Below the pieces are notes generated by a model, which made no database searches, was not told where the DNA came from, and worked only from the letters and a program-made list of their open reading frames with translations. A program made the translations under genes and the position numbers. A stretch of DNA of 64,000 nucleotides from Octopus vulgaris (taxonomy: Eukaryota), in contig OX597834.1 in NCBI GenBank assembly GCA_951406725.2, forward strand, positions 31,124,001-31,188,000. Reading direction: 5' to 3'. Positions 24,831 to 37,999 of this stretch are shown one piece after another; the stretch's first letter is position 1; each line of letters starts with the position of its first letter.

Positions 24831-26865
24831 ACTTGCACTTTCGATAAAGCATTAAGGGTGGAATTTGATCTTAGAAGATACCAGGCACTAAGGAAAATAT
24901 TGCAAAGGCACTCTCTCTCTCGAGTCTGTTAATCTGTAATAATATAATAAAAATTATAATTATGTTAATTATGCTGCCTAATTAATGATACTATGTTTAT
25001 TTTTATAAAAGGAAAACAACATACAATATAGATGGAGAAAGAAGGAAATTAAAACGATACTCAAAATGGTTGCAAAAGAAGTATTAACCATCTTATAATT
25101 TTGTCCCGTATGTCTAGATATGAGTGTGTGTGTATGTGTGTGTATGTGTGTGTGTGTGTGTGTGTGAGACAGATTTAGAGGGTTCGTTTGTGTATATATG
25201 TATGTATGTATGTGTCTGCATGTGTCTCTGAGTGTTTCTCTCTTCTGCATTCAACACACATACACACACACACACACACAAACACACTCATACACACACA
25301 TTCATGCATGCACACACAGACACACCTACATCTTGGTTCTCCCAAGTTCTTTCACACTCAGGCATTCTTCTCTCTTTGAATTACACTCCAAGTTTCAGCG
25401 TTGTGTCTACCACCACCGCCGCCACCGCCACCACCACCGCTACCACCACCACCACCGCTGCAGTAGCAGCAGCGTAACTAAGTCTTTTAGTTAACTCTTT
25501 GTACTTGTACCATTGTTAATAGCTGTAACATATGCGCACTCTATTATTCTAACCCCGTAACTATCTTAAATCAACAGCTGTTTGGAATCAGTCATAATGG
25601 TTATATTATCATCATCATCATCATCATCACCACCACCACCACCCGCATTGTCATCATCATCAACATCATCATCACAATCACTGTCATTATCATCATCACC
25701 ATCATCATTGTCATCATCATAATCATTGTCGTTGTTGTCCTAATCATCATCAGCATCATTATCATTGTCAACCATCATCATCACTGACATCATCAGTCCT
25801 AATCGTCATCACTGTCATCTTCAACATTGCTACAGTAATCATCATCATCATCATTGCTATAACTGTCACCGTCACCACCATCCTCCTCCTCATTATCATC
25901 ATCATCGGCATCACTCTATAACTATACCAGCATCATCATCATTGTCATCATCATCATCATCAACCAATGCATTTGTCCCATTCATTCATTGTAATGTGAG
26001 TTGGAAAGATTTGCAATGCAGTATCTATCTTCCCTCCTACCAAGTAGATAACCTCCACCATTCACTAAGGGTACCACTACAAGCTAGAAATAGCAGTCAG
26101 ATGTCTCTCCAATCACGTGCTGGTGGCACGTAAAAACACCCATTACACTATCTGAGCGGTTGGTGTTAGGAAGGGCATCCAGCTGTAGAAAACCATGCCA
26201 AATCAGACTGCAGCCTTCCAATGTGCCAGCCCAGTCAAACTGTCCAACCCATGTCAGCATGAACAATGGACATTAAATGATGGTGATGATATTAAATGAT
26301 GTGTGTGTGTGTGTATAATATGTTAAAATGAAAACACCAGATATGCTTCAAGTGTGTTTTATATATTATATGATATGATATTATATTACAAATTTAGAGA
26401 TCTAAGTATGGCAAAGTAGAGATCAAATACTTCCTTTATGACAAAACACAAATTTGTCTGCTCCAGTAACCAGTTTCATCTTGAAAACTGTCCGTCAGCA
26501 GGCAATCAGTAAATGGGTATCAAACACGATCATTCATCTCTTTGTATTTTCTCTTTTCTTTTCTTTCTTTTGCATTTAATCCATTAAAGGTGTGTGTGTG
26601 TGTGTGTGTGTAATTATGTATATATGTGTATAGCTCGTTTGCTGCTCCCAGCTGTTGGCCTGTTGGGCACACACATCTGTATATGAATTGCTGTGTGGAA
26701 GATACAGGCATGGCTTGTGTGGTTAAGCAGCTCACTTTGCAACCACAGGGTTCTGGGTTCAGTCCCATGGTGCAGCCCCTTGGGCAAGTATCTTCTTCTA
26801 CAGCCCCCCAAACTGACACAGTATGTTCTGAGTGAATTTGGTAAATTGAAACTGTGTGGAAGCCC

Positions 26866-26902
<37 letters not shown>

Positions 26903-27087
26903 TAAGCAATAAAGGGTTTGGCAACGAATTGCCTTACCACATACCGAATTTAGAAATAGCAGTCAAAGAGTTATAGCTATTTCTTCTACTAAAAAGGGAG
27001 ATCTCAGTAAAAACAGCAATTGGAAGGCAGACACAAACAGGTAAGAGGGAATGAATTGACGGCAATCTATCATACAATTTTAAGTTA

Positions 27088-27188
27088 TCTACGGACGTAC
27101 GTTTCGAAATCAAGTTTTTAGGAAAGCATAAGAATTAAATATTAAATAATTCTATCTTACCAAGAACTTCTTTTCTCTTCAGCGTAGA
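27088..27188 (-). ncRNA. Type I hammerhead ribozyme
   Basis: Minus strand: TCTACG-CTGAAGA-GAAA...[long AU-rich hairpin]...TTTC-GAAA-CGTACG-TC-CGTAGA. Perfect 6-bp stem I, palindromic stem III, canonical GUC site. It lies in a ~330-bp insert flanked by (TA)n. Confidence 0.88.
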
Positions 27189-27247
27189 ATACTATAATCA
27201 TAATCATAATATAATCATAATATATATATATATATATATATATGAAG

Positions 27248-27556
27248 GTGGAGGCGCAATGGCCCAATGATTAGGGCAGCAGACTCGCAGTCGGAGGATC
27301 GCAGTTTCGATTCCCAGACTGGGCGTTGTGTGTGTTTATTGAGTGGAAACACCTAAAGCTCCATAAGGCTCCGGCAGGGCGTGGTGGCGACCCCTGTTGT
27401 ACTCTTTTGTGCCAACTTTCTCTCACTCTTTCTTCCTGCTTCTTGAGTAATGTTGTACTGGACTGGCGTCCCGTCCACCTGGGGGGAACACATACGCCAT
27501 AGAAACCAGGAAACCGAGCCCATGAGCCTGGCTAGGCTTGGAAAAGGCGCATAAAT
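27248..27556 (+). mobile_element. tRNA-derived SINE family D
   Basis: GTGGAGGCGCAATGGCCCAATGATTAGGGCAGCAGACTCGC head and B-box GTTTCGATTCCC. Head shared with the copy at 29241. Confidence 0.8.
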
Positions 27557-27908
27557 AGAAATATATGTATATATATAGAGAGAGAGAGAGCGAGAGAGAG
27601 AGAGAATTGTTTGTAGAAATACATGAATCATGAGAAGAAGCACACTCTAAGATGTAGAGCAGTTAATATTATAGTGGGGTAGGCCGGTTTATGGTCTCAG
27701 GCCAGCAGTATTTGGGGTCTGAAGATACACCTTAAGGCTAAACACCTTATGATCAAGAAACCCTGGGTAACCCCATAAACCTGTCTACCCTACTATAATA
27801 TATATAAAAGAATTCAGCTGAGCTTGTTTTATAATAAATTACTAGGGCAGCATATATAAGTATTAATAAAATTGATATCAAGTTTCCTTATCTCTTATAG
27901 TTTAGGAA

Positions 27909-27948
<40 letters not shown>

Positions 27949-28384
27949 CATACATCAACACAGTATCAAATTTATTTTTACATATTCATTTGATAATCTA
28001 CTTAAGTGTACTCAGCGTTTCTTCACTAAATGTTTGGCTCAATTTACATATGACGGGACAAGAAGCTTAACTCTACATTTATACATATACACACACAGAC
28101 ACACACACAAGCACACAATCCTCGCAAATTTGCAACCAGATCCAAACTTGATCATCCCCATTACCATCATCGTCATCATCCTTCATAATAACTATAGTAA
28201 GAGCAGCAGCAGCAGTTTCTTCTCCAGTTTCTCATCTGTTGTGCTCATCACAACATTGTATCATATTTTTGACCTTGTCACATATTTTGGCCACTTAGTC
28301 CATCAGTCTATGCAGTCCCTGCCCCTATTCATCCCCCCCTCTCTCTCTCAGTGTATGTTGTCTTATTGCAGCAAAGTTTGTTAA

Positions 28385-28603
28385 CCCTTTAGTGTTCAGA
28401 TTATTCAATCAAACATAATGCTTATTGATTCCCATTGATTTGAATTAATCATGCATTATCTCATATCTTCAAGATCTTGATGATGTAATTACTTAATGTA
28501 GAATAACATTGTAGGGTAGGTGTGAGAGCCTGGATCTGGTCAGTTTGAACATAAAACAGATTAACTATTTTGGCCGGATATGGCCGGTTTAAATACTAAA
28601 GGG
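28385..28603. mobile_element. piggyBac-like MITE (F2)
   Basis: TTAA|CCCTTTAGT...ACTAAAGGG|TTAA. Confidence 0.85.
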
Positions 28604-28606
28604 TTA

Positions 28607-28840
28607 AAGGCGGCGAGCTGGTAGAATTGTTAGCGCGCCGGGCGAAATGCTTAGCGGTATTTCGTCTGCCGTTACGTTCTGAGTTCAAATTCCGCTGAGG
28701 TCGACTTTGCCTGTCATCCTTTCGGGGTCGATAAATTAAGTACCAGTTATGCACTGGAGGTCAATATAATCGACTTAATCCGTTTGTCTGTCCTTGTTTG
28801 TTCTCTCTGTGTTTAGCCCCTTGTGGGTAGTAAAGAAATA
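28607..28840 (+). mobile_element. SINE family C
   Basis: Full-length, low-divergence copy abutting the MITE TTAA. Confidence 0.85.
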
Positions 28841-29240
28841 CTTGGTAAAAGTTTGAAGTCAGACATTAGATGTCTGATGAATCAGGATTGTTTGAATTAG
28901 TGCTGCTGATGATGACAGTGTTGTTGTTGTTGCTGTTTCTGTCATCGTCATGCTCTAGTGATTTAATTTTTAGGAATGTAAATACGTATAAAAAGCAAGG
29001 CAGGGAAAAAAAAATCTCAACTGACTTTTATTCGGAATACACAATAGATTCTGTTAACGTGGTCCTGTCAAGAATGGTAAAGTATTTAATCTTTGAAGAG
29101 GAAAATAGACTGGTGATTAAGTAAATCTCAGTTCTTATTCTAGGAGAGGCAGGGGCATGTCTTGTCCCTTCTCTTCTCTTTTTACATGTGTGTGAGTTTG
29201 TGTGTGTAAATATATATGTGTATGTGTCATATATATATAT

Positions 29241-29506
29241 GTGGAGGCGCAATGGCCTAGTGGTTAGGGCAGCAGACTCGCGGTCGCAGGATCGCGGTTT
29301 CAATTGTTGTGTGTGTTTATTGAGCGAAAACACTTTAAAGCTCCACGAGGCTCCGGCAGGGGGTGGTGATCCCTACTGTACTCTTTCACCACTCTTTCTT
29401 CTGTTGGCCTGCTCGCTTAGCCAGCGGGGTGGCGTCATTCGAAGGCTAAAACAATGCAAACGCATTGTGACCAGCAGTGTGTAACAACATCTGATGGTCT
29501 GGTTGG

Positions 29507-29508
<2 letters not shown>
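29241..29508 (+). mobile_element. tRNA-derived SINE family D (alternative 3' part)
   Basis: Same head as 27248 with a different tail; inserted in (TA)n. Confidence 0.8.
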
Positions 29509-29558
<50 letters not shown>

Positions 29559-29647
29559 TTCCTTTCTTGAGCGTCCAATAACACTATACTTGTTCCATGT
29601 TCTCGCGTTGTTGTGTTTTCTCTTTGTATTTTCATGTTTGGATTAAC

Positions 29648-29689
<42 letters not shown>

Positions 29690-30038
29690 TGCAGGTGTGG
29701 CTGTGTGATAAGAAGCTTGCTGCCCAATGGTTCTGGGTTCAGTCCCACTGTGTGGTACCTTGGACAAGTGTCTTCTGCTATAGCCTTGTGCCAACCAAAA
29801 CCTTGTGAATGGGTTTGGTAAACGAAAACTGAAAGAAACCTGTTGCATGTATATGCGTGTATGTGTGTGTTTGTGTCTGTGTTTGTACCCCCCCCCACTG
29901 TTTGACAACCAGTGTTGGTGTGTTTATGTCCCCCCCTAACTTAGTGGTTCAGAATAAGTACTGGGGTTGATTCATTTGACTAAAGATGCAGTGCCCCAGC
30001 ATGGTCGCAGTCTAATAACTGAAGCAGATATAAGATAT

Positions 30039-30737
30039 AAACAATTGCAGCGTGGAAGGTGTTTGTGAGCCATTTAAGAAGACCCCCCAAAAAACCGTTA
30101 GATTCACTTCAACATTTAAATTTAATTTCTGTCAAAATATTTTCGTTGATTTCAAACTGTGACCTGTTCACTGATAAAATTCTGTGCTGCATCTGAGAAA
30201 ATAACAGTTAGTTCAAGATATATATTTCTTTACTGCCCACAAGGGGCTAAACATAGAGGGGACAAACAAGGATAGACAAAGGGATTGAGTCGATTATATC
30301 GCCCCTAGTGGGAAGCTGGTACTTTATTTATCGACCCCGAAAGTTGACCTTGGCGGAATTTGAACTCAGAACGTAACGACAGACGAAATACCGCTCAGCA
30401 TTTCGCCCGGTGCGCTAACGTGTCTGCCAGCTCGCAAGATATATATATGTATGTATGTGTGTGTGTGTACATGTGTATGTATGCGTGCACGCCTATACAC
30501 ATGTACGTATGTATGCATGCATGTACAGATGTATCTGTATTTATTTATGTATATATGTATGTATGTCAGTATTTAGTTATGTAAGTGTGTAGACATGTGT
30601 ACATGTGAACGTATGTTTATGTACTGATATATATGTCTGTTCAGGTTGACACAAATTAAATTTGAATGTTGAAGTGAATCTAACAGTTTTGGCATGTTCT
30701 TAAATGGCTTATAAATGCCTTCCATGCTGCAATTGTT
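30039..30737. mobile_element. Penelope-like inverted relic split by SINE C and microsatellite
   Basis: 30039-30135 is an inverted match to 30646-30737. A decayed HHR-like motif lies at 30130-30176(-) and SINE C at 30223-30435(-). Confidence 0.55.
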
Positions 30738-32305
30738 TTTGTTTCATCACACGATCGCAGTCCATCCCTTCTCAAATGTGTCTTGCCACCGCTTGAATTT
30801 TTGATGGGAAATATAGCCTTCAGGAACAAATTAAATTTGTAAGCTGAGGTTCCACTGTTTATATATAAATTTGAAGTGTGAGACATGGACTCAGGGAATC
30901 GTGGCTATCTCATAAAGCTCCTCTCATGGATTCGGCTAACAGTCCCCATAGTAATCCAGAACAGAGAAGCGTTGTGTGTTCATGTGGACGAAACCCAAAA
31001 GATCTGATTGATGAATTTGTTTCATGAGGAGTATATAAACCATTTAATATCAGGGGTAAACATATCTATTTAACCACTTGGTATATTTAGGATTACAGCT
31101 GTTTCACAGCCTTTTTCATGTAGCAATAATTTCAGTATAGAAGAAATTATGCTTATGTGTTTGCTTTAATATGTGACATTTAATTTCTCTTTATGTTCTG
31201 AGTTCAAATTCTGCTGAAGTTCACTTTGCCTTTCATCCTTTTGGGGATGATAAAACGTGTACCCTTTGAGTATTAGGAGTTGATGTAATCAGCATATCCA
31301 GTCCCTCAAATTTGCTGGTCTTATACCAAAATAAGAAAGGATTATCATTACACACACACACACACACATTTGTTGAAGTCATAAAAATTTATAAACTTTC
31401 GAAAGAATGCGAAATCATTCTGTTTTGGAACAGTGGATCTTGATGCACATAAGGCTATGAAAGATAGCATTCAAATACTGAGTTGAAAATCCCTTTGGAT
31501 AGGAAAAGTGAAAGGCTGCACATGGGATTTGAACCTGTATCTTCTGTAGTCAACCCAATATTTACAAGCTATTATTTATGGCTTTATGTGCTTTGAGATT
31601 TGCATATTTATATATTATATATAGATGAGTTTAGAGGGATACGTTATCTGAGCAGAGACCGTGGTAGTTCTCAGTTCTCGGTTGTGTTCTGGGTTATATG
31701 GCTAACAGCATCGATTAATATTTTACATCTTTGACTACTTATGGGTTGTCACTCATGCTGTAAATTCCTCTGGTGGGTAAAACAAAAAGGTAATAAGTTT
31801 TGAGAATGTACCAGTCTCCATATTCTCTACTGTTATAATTATTCCATCCATCCATCTATCTATCTATCCATCCATCTATCCATCTATCTATCTATCCACA
31901 CACACAAACATCCATAATTCATCCAAACTAAATATATATTTCTATATATATATATACATTCCCTCAAGTACATTGCAATCGCTAATATAATGAACTTCTC
32001 ACCACCTTATACACTTAAAAATATCACAAATGTATTTTCCTCCTTGCATTTTAATGTACTGGGTGTGGCAAAAAAGAGAAAATGTTTGCAGGTTGACAAG
32101 TGTTTCAGCTGCAAACGTGTGGTGTCTGTACATTAATGAAAACCTTGATGATAACTGAAAAAAGAAAAAAAATACAGAAAGAAAGAAAAAATAGTTAAAC
32201 AATAGTTACATGAGGACACTGTTATCACCTGGCTAATTTCACTAGTGCCATACCAATCAATGTGTGAAATATAGGAAGGTTTTCAACTGTATCCTTTATA
32301 ATATA

Positions 32306-32702
32306 CTAGCAGTATCGCCCGGCGTTGCTCGGGTTTATTTCGACCCTTTAGAATTGGAAATTTTTGAAAAGTAAAAATTTTGCATTATGTAGCTTGTTAT
32401 TCTCTTTAAGTGAGCATTTCTCTTGTTGAAATACACCGAAAAATGGTGACAGAGCAGTAAAAAAATCGTAAAAAATAGGGATTTTCATAGAAAAAAAAAG
32501 CACCTTTTTGATGTAAATAATTTTTGGTGTTAACATGGTCTGATTTGAATTTTTTCTTCTACGGAAGGAAGAGCAAGTCTTCTTTTATCATACTCTCAAT
32601 TTTGGTCAACTTGTGCCGCAGGGTCTTGGAGGAGATAGTGTTAATTGAAGGCTACCAAACCTGCCATACACAGACAACTTCAGCTTTATATATAGAGAGA
32701 GA
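32306..32702 (-). mobile_element. Non-autonomous Helitron
   Basis: Minus strand A|TC..., with the same 3' end (CCCGAGCAACGCCGGGCGATACTGCTAG|T) as 14689-15086. Confidence 0.85.
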
Positions 32703-33017
32703 TTTACCTATGTCCGGGTTTCTCAATCTTAAGTTGGAGATTAAGATTACCTTTTGTTAATATTCTTTCTGATGTTAATAATTAATTATGTGTCTGTATG
32801 TGTGCTGGTCTTTGTGTTTGTCCTCCACTACTGCTTGACAACTGGTATTGGTTTGTTTATGACCTCATAACTTAGTACTTCAACAAAAAGGCTTTTAAAA
32901 AACCCCAATAAGTTTAACTAAACCCTTCTAGGTCATGTCCCTGCACGGCCACAGTCTAATGACTGAAACAAGTAAAAGAATGAGTGAGAGAGAGACTGTG
33001 TGTGTGTGTGTGTATGT

Positions 33018-33065
<48 letters not shown>

Positions 33066-33075
<10 letters not shown>

Positions 33076-33465
33076 GCATCCTTTTTGTCTTGGGAGACAA
33101 TGGAGTTGCGCATAAAATAATCCAGTCCGGCTTTTACATTTCATGTCCTAAAACATCTCCTGTTGTGGCTGTGTAGTCCTATCTTGGCGGGTGCCGCAAA
33201 TGTAGCGAAGACTTTGCCTGGCTGGTTGCAATGTCATAGTTTCTTGTAGACGTCTTCCTTGTCTTTCCATTTCTCCTCTCTCCTGCTGTCACTCCTTTGT
33301 CTTCCTTCTTTTATGGTACGTTGCCAATCTCCACAGCTGCCGGCAACTGCTTCCCAGATGCTAATATTGATGTCACAGGCCTTCATGTCTCTTTTGCAAA
33401 CATCCTTGTACCGTAAGAATGGTCCTCCCACAGACCTAGCAAGCTCTCCGTAAAGTATGTCAATG
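33066..33465 (-). pseudogene. RTE (BovB-like) LINE 3' end relic
   Basis: Translates LYGEL..RSVGGPFLRYKDVCKRDMKACDI..WEAVA..W..IKEG..IGLHSHNRRC and ends in a (CAA)n-like tail. Confidence 0.85.
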
Positions 33466-35778
33466 CTTTTTTAGACCAGCACTTACCACAAATATGGTAT
33501 ATATATATACCATGGCGTTAGGAAGGGCATCCAGCCGTAGAAACACTGCCAGATCTGACTGGGCCTGACGAAGCCTTCCAGCTTCACAGACCCCAGTTGA
33601 CCCGTCCAACCCATGCTAGCATGGAAAACGGACGCTAAACGATGATGATATATATATATATATATATATATACACCCATCGAGTCAAGCAAAGTTGCAGT
33701 TGTAGCAGATACCAGTGTCGTGCAAATGGCACATAAAAGCACCCATTACACTCTTGGAGTGGTTGGCATGAGGAAGGGCATCCAGCTATAGAGAGACCAT
33801 GCCAAATCTGACTGGAGTCTAGTGCAGCCTTCCAGCTTGCCAGCCTTGATCAAACCGTCCAATCTATGCCAGCATTGACAACGGATGAGGATGATCATCA
33901 TCATCATGTATAGGGTAAAGAGTAAAGACCCCTTTCGGTTATAGGATTGCACCTAGAAAGTTCCCCTCCAAGGTACAAGTCCAGGCAAGGTTGTTTGTGG
34001 AAGACCAGCGTCCTCTCTCCATGCCATCCAAGGAAAAAACAAAAACCGATACAGCTTGGCACCAGTGACGTCACAACTCATTGAGTGAACTGGAGTAACG
34101 TGAAATAAAGTGTCTTGCTCAAGAACACAACACACAGTCTGGTCTGGATATTGAACTCACTATCTCATGATTGTGAGCCTGACACTCTTACCACTGAACC
34201 ATGTGCTTTCACACACACACAGCCTAACCTATAGAAACATGGAAAAATGGATGTTCAACCGATAGTACTGCCCCATGCCACCTTCAAACCTTTCATTACA
34301 ATGGTTCCATTAAAATACGCTACCTTTAATTCAATTAATTTGAAGAATAAGGAAGAATCTACTAAAATCTCCTTGTTGTTTTTAATCCGCTGTTTGGAAC
34401 TAAATCAGCATAAAGTTTTGATGATAGGCTTTAGTTTAGATTCCTTTAAAACATGAAGCTTGTATCATGTAATCAAAGGCAGTCTTAGACAGGTTGGTAT
34501 GAAAGAGGCTAATTTTGATCCAGTTGTTCTGTATCTATTAAATTCCTCACTCTATACAAGAAGTACAGGAGTAAATTGATGAAGATAATTCTTTGAATGT
34601 GGCTGCTGGTCCTCTCTCCTGTTCCTCTTCCCTGCCTCTCCCTCTTCTTGTTGTTTGCTTGGTCATACCTCTTCTTTTTATCCTGGCTTCAGGCCATCAA
34701 CTCTTTCTACTTTCTGATTAAGTGCAGCTGTGACTGTGTGATTAAAGAACTTGCTTTCCAACCACGGGGTTTTCAGGTTCAATCCCACTGCACAGCACTC
34801 TTTCACTAGGGCCCCTGAGCTGACCGATGTCTTGTGAGAGGATTTGTTAGACAGCGACATCATATTTTTCTATTTGTGTACTTGTTTCATTCATTTAACT
34901 GTGGTCATGCTGGGGCACTGCCTTGAAGAATTTTAGCTAAATGAATTGCCTCCAGGGCTTATTTTTTAAGCTTGACTCTTATTCTGTCAGTTTCTTTAGA
35001 AAAAAAAAAGGTCAAAAACTTCTGGAACACCTTTGATCATAGGTGTGCTTGATCAGGCCTAACCTGGGGCTAAACATCATCATCATCCTAGCATTATTAG
35101 CTCATCAAATTCCAGTCACAGAGAATACATCACTTTAGCTGGAAAGAAGATGGCTTCTCTCTACCTTCTGCAGTTTCTGTCTACCAAAACCACTCCCAAA
35201 GTTTTGGTTAGCCTGAGGCTGTAGAAGAGGACACTCACCCAAGGTGTGCCATGTAATGGAACCAAACCTGGGACCATGTGGTTGAGAAGCGCGCGCACAC
35301 ACACACACACACACAAACACAGAGTAAATCAGTTGGGGTAAAACAGCACACCATACGACCTTCCTCTTATTTCTTTTAGCCTTATCTCTCCTCCATAGCA
35401 AGACCCCTGTGCTTGTTCCTCTATTATACTTTAGCCTTTCAACATCTAGCCGACTGCCACCTACCTCCACTTTTCCTTCCCAAATACTTCCTCTTTGTTG
35501 TGGGAGCGTTTTCCTCTTCTTTTTTCCTTGTTCTTCTCGGTCATGCTAGTTACATGGCAACCTCACTAGTGCCAGTGGCACAATAAAAGCACCAAATACA
35601 CCCTGTAAAGTGGTTGGCATTAGGAAGGGCATCCAGCTGTAGAAACCTTGCCAAAACAGACCGTTGGCAATTGATGCAGTCCTTTGATTTGTTCGATGCT
35701 GTCAAATTGTCCAACCCATGCCAGCATGGAAAGCAGATGTTAAATGATGGGAATGATGATACAGTATTGTTCAGTTTT

Positions 35779-36164
35779 GCAGGAGTGGCTGTGTGGTAAG
35801 TAGCTTGTTTACCAACCACATGGTTCTGGGTTCAGTCCCACTGTGTGGCACCTTGGGCAAGTGTCTTTTACTATAGCCTTGGGCCGACCAAAGCCTTGTG
35901 AGTGGATTTGGTAGACGGAAACTGAAAGAAGCCCGTCGTATATATGTATATGTGTGCGTGCGTGTATGTTTGTGTTTGTTCCCCTGGCATTGCTTGACAA
36001 CCGATGCTGGTGTGTTTATGTCCCCGTCACTTAGCGGTTCGGCACAATAGACCGATAGAGTAAGTACTGGGCTTACAAAGAATAAGTCCCGGGGTCGAGT
36101 TGCTCGATTAAAGGTGGTGCTCCAGCATGGCCGCAGTCAAATGACTGAAACAAGTAAAAGAGTA
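35779..36164 (+). mobile_element. SINE family B, full length
   Basis: Complete low-divergence copy. Confidence 0.9.
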
Positions 36165-36666
36165 TGTACACCTGTATGTATGCTTGTATGTTTGTGTGTA
36201 CCGTTGATGGTTGTAAACGAGCATCATTGTTATACAAGCGCAGTTGTTCGTATTCAGTCTTCCATGAAAAACATGTCTGGTCATGAGAAAAGGTTACCTT
36301 GCTTGGAAACAGGTGATGAGTGGCAACAGGAAGAGCATCCAGCCATATAAAATCTGTCTCAAGAAATTCTGTCTGACCCATACAAGCGTGGAAAAGTGGA
36401 CATTAGATGATGAGATGCTTCAAATAATGAATCTCTCCTCATCGTCATCATCATTGTCATCGTAGAATCAAAAGATGCTTATTCTCGCAGCATGGTGGCG
36501 GCAAAGATGAAACGATGAAGTGAAAACAATGAAAATGGTTGCTTGGTGATTGGATGAGGAGTACAGGTGTGAGAGAGATACAGGTATTGAAATATAAAAG
36601 CTGATACACCTATGATCAATACCTCGTTGGTATTGGTAACTACTAATACAAATGTAATATGTGTGT

Positions 36667-36699
<33 letters not shown>

Positions 36700-37016
36700 G
36701 TTCAAGTGTCTTACTGTGTTTTGGTGTGTTTGTGTGTTAGTGTGTGTGTGTGTTAGTGAATAGGAAACCAGCATAAGAGTCTCTCGAACAGCTGTTTTTT
36801 GTTTTTGTTTTTTAAATAGATGTCTGTATTTCTGTCTGTCATAGGGCATGGCTATATGGGTAAGAAGTTTGCATGAAAACCATAGGGTTTCAGGTTCAAT
36901 CAATCGCATCGTGTGGAGAAAACCCGGGGCAGCCCCAGTATGACCAATACCTTGGAGGAGTGGAATTTGCATGACAGAAACTGTGCTGAAGCCCAGCATG
37001 TGTGTGCATGTATGTA

Positions 37017-37057
<41 letters not shown>

Positions 37058-37751
37058 GTGTGTTGTGTGTATGTTGTGTGTGTGTGTATGTGTGTGTGTG
37101 TGCACGTGTATCATCATCATTTAATGTTCACCTTTCTGTGCCTTCAAGGGTCAGGGGAAATTTGTTGAGCTGGGCTTTTTCATTGGCTGGATGCCTTTCC
37201 TGTTGCCAAACTTCACCTTTCCAACCATGGGAGGCTGGAAACAGATATCATTGCTTGTATGACATTGATACTCATTTTCAGCCACCATATGAGGTCAGGA
37301 CAAGGATACAAACAGACACATGGAAAAACCCTTGATCAAAGGTAGCAAAATAGTCCAAAGGGGACTTAATACTTAATCTGTTAATTATATAATCATCAGA
37401 TTTATTATTTTAGTAAAGAATCTCTATTCTTATTAAAACTGAATTTTCTTTTTTTATATTCCTTCTGCCATCGAAACATTTATTGGCAATCCTATTTCCT
37501 AAGGGTTTTGTTCCTTGCATTCTGGATTTTATATTTATACTGAAAATGTTCCCATTAGGTGCTGCACAAACACACACACACTCTGTAGAGTCCTTTTCCC
37601 CACCCATACTGAAATCAAGTACCACACACGTCCCTCAAGGAACACATTTCTGCACTTGGTCATACATATCACACATCCCTTACTTGTTTGCTTAAGCCTT
37701 TCATTCCCTGTGGAGCAGACGCCATTAACAGCTTTCTTCCACTATCATTAA

Positions 37752-37973
37752 CCCTATAGCATTTAAACCGGCCATATCCGGCCAAAAGTATTCTGCTTGT
37801 TTTACGTTCAAAACTGGCCAGGTCTGGTCTCTCACACGAACCCTACAATATCATTTTAAAAATTAACAGCTACCTCATCAAAATCTCATAACTACAAGAT
37901 AATGCATGATTAGTTCAAAACAATGTGGATGAAAAAGCATTAATTATGGCAGAATAATGTTATCACTAAAGGG
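37752..37973. mobile_element. piggyBac-like MITE (F2)
   Basis: TTAA|CCCTATAG...CTAAAGGG|TTAA, inverted relative to 28385. Confidence 0.85.
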
Positions 37974-37999
37974 TTAATGGAACTGTTTTTGTGTTTTAT

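Noticed and set aside
27248-27325. Possible tRNA gene
   Set aside because: The tRNA-like head runs into a SINE body, with no complete acceptor stem or terminator. The same applies to the other SINE heads.
31090-31140. Half hammerheads (GAAACAGCTGTA-like) here and at about 54065, 60507 and 62225
   Set aside because: No matching CUGANGA half, so they are not called; they are probably truncated relics.
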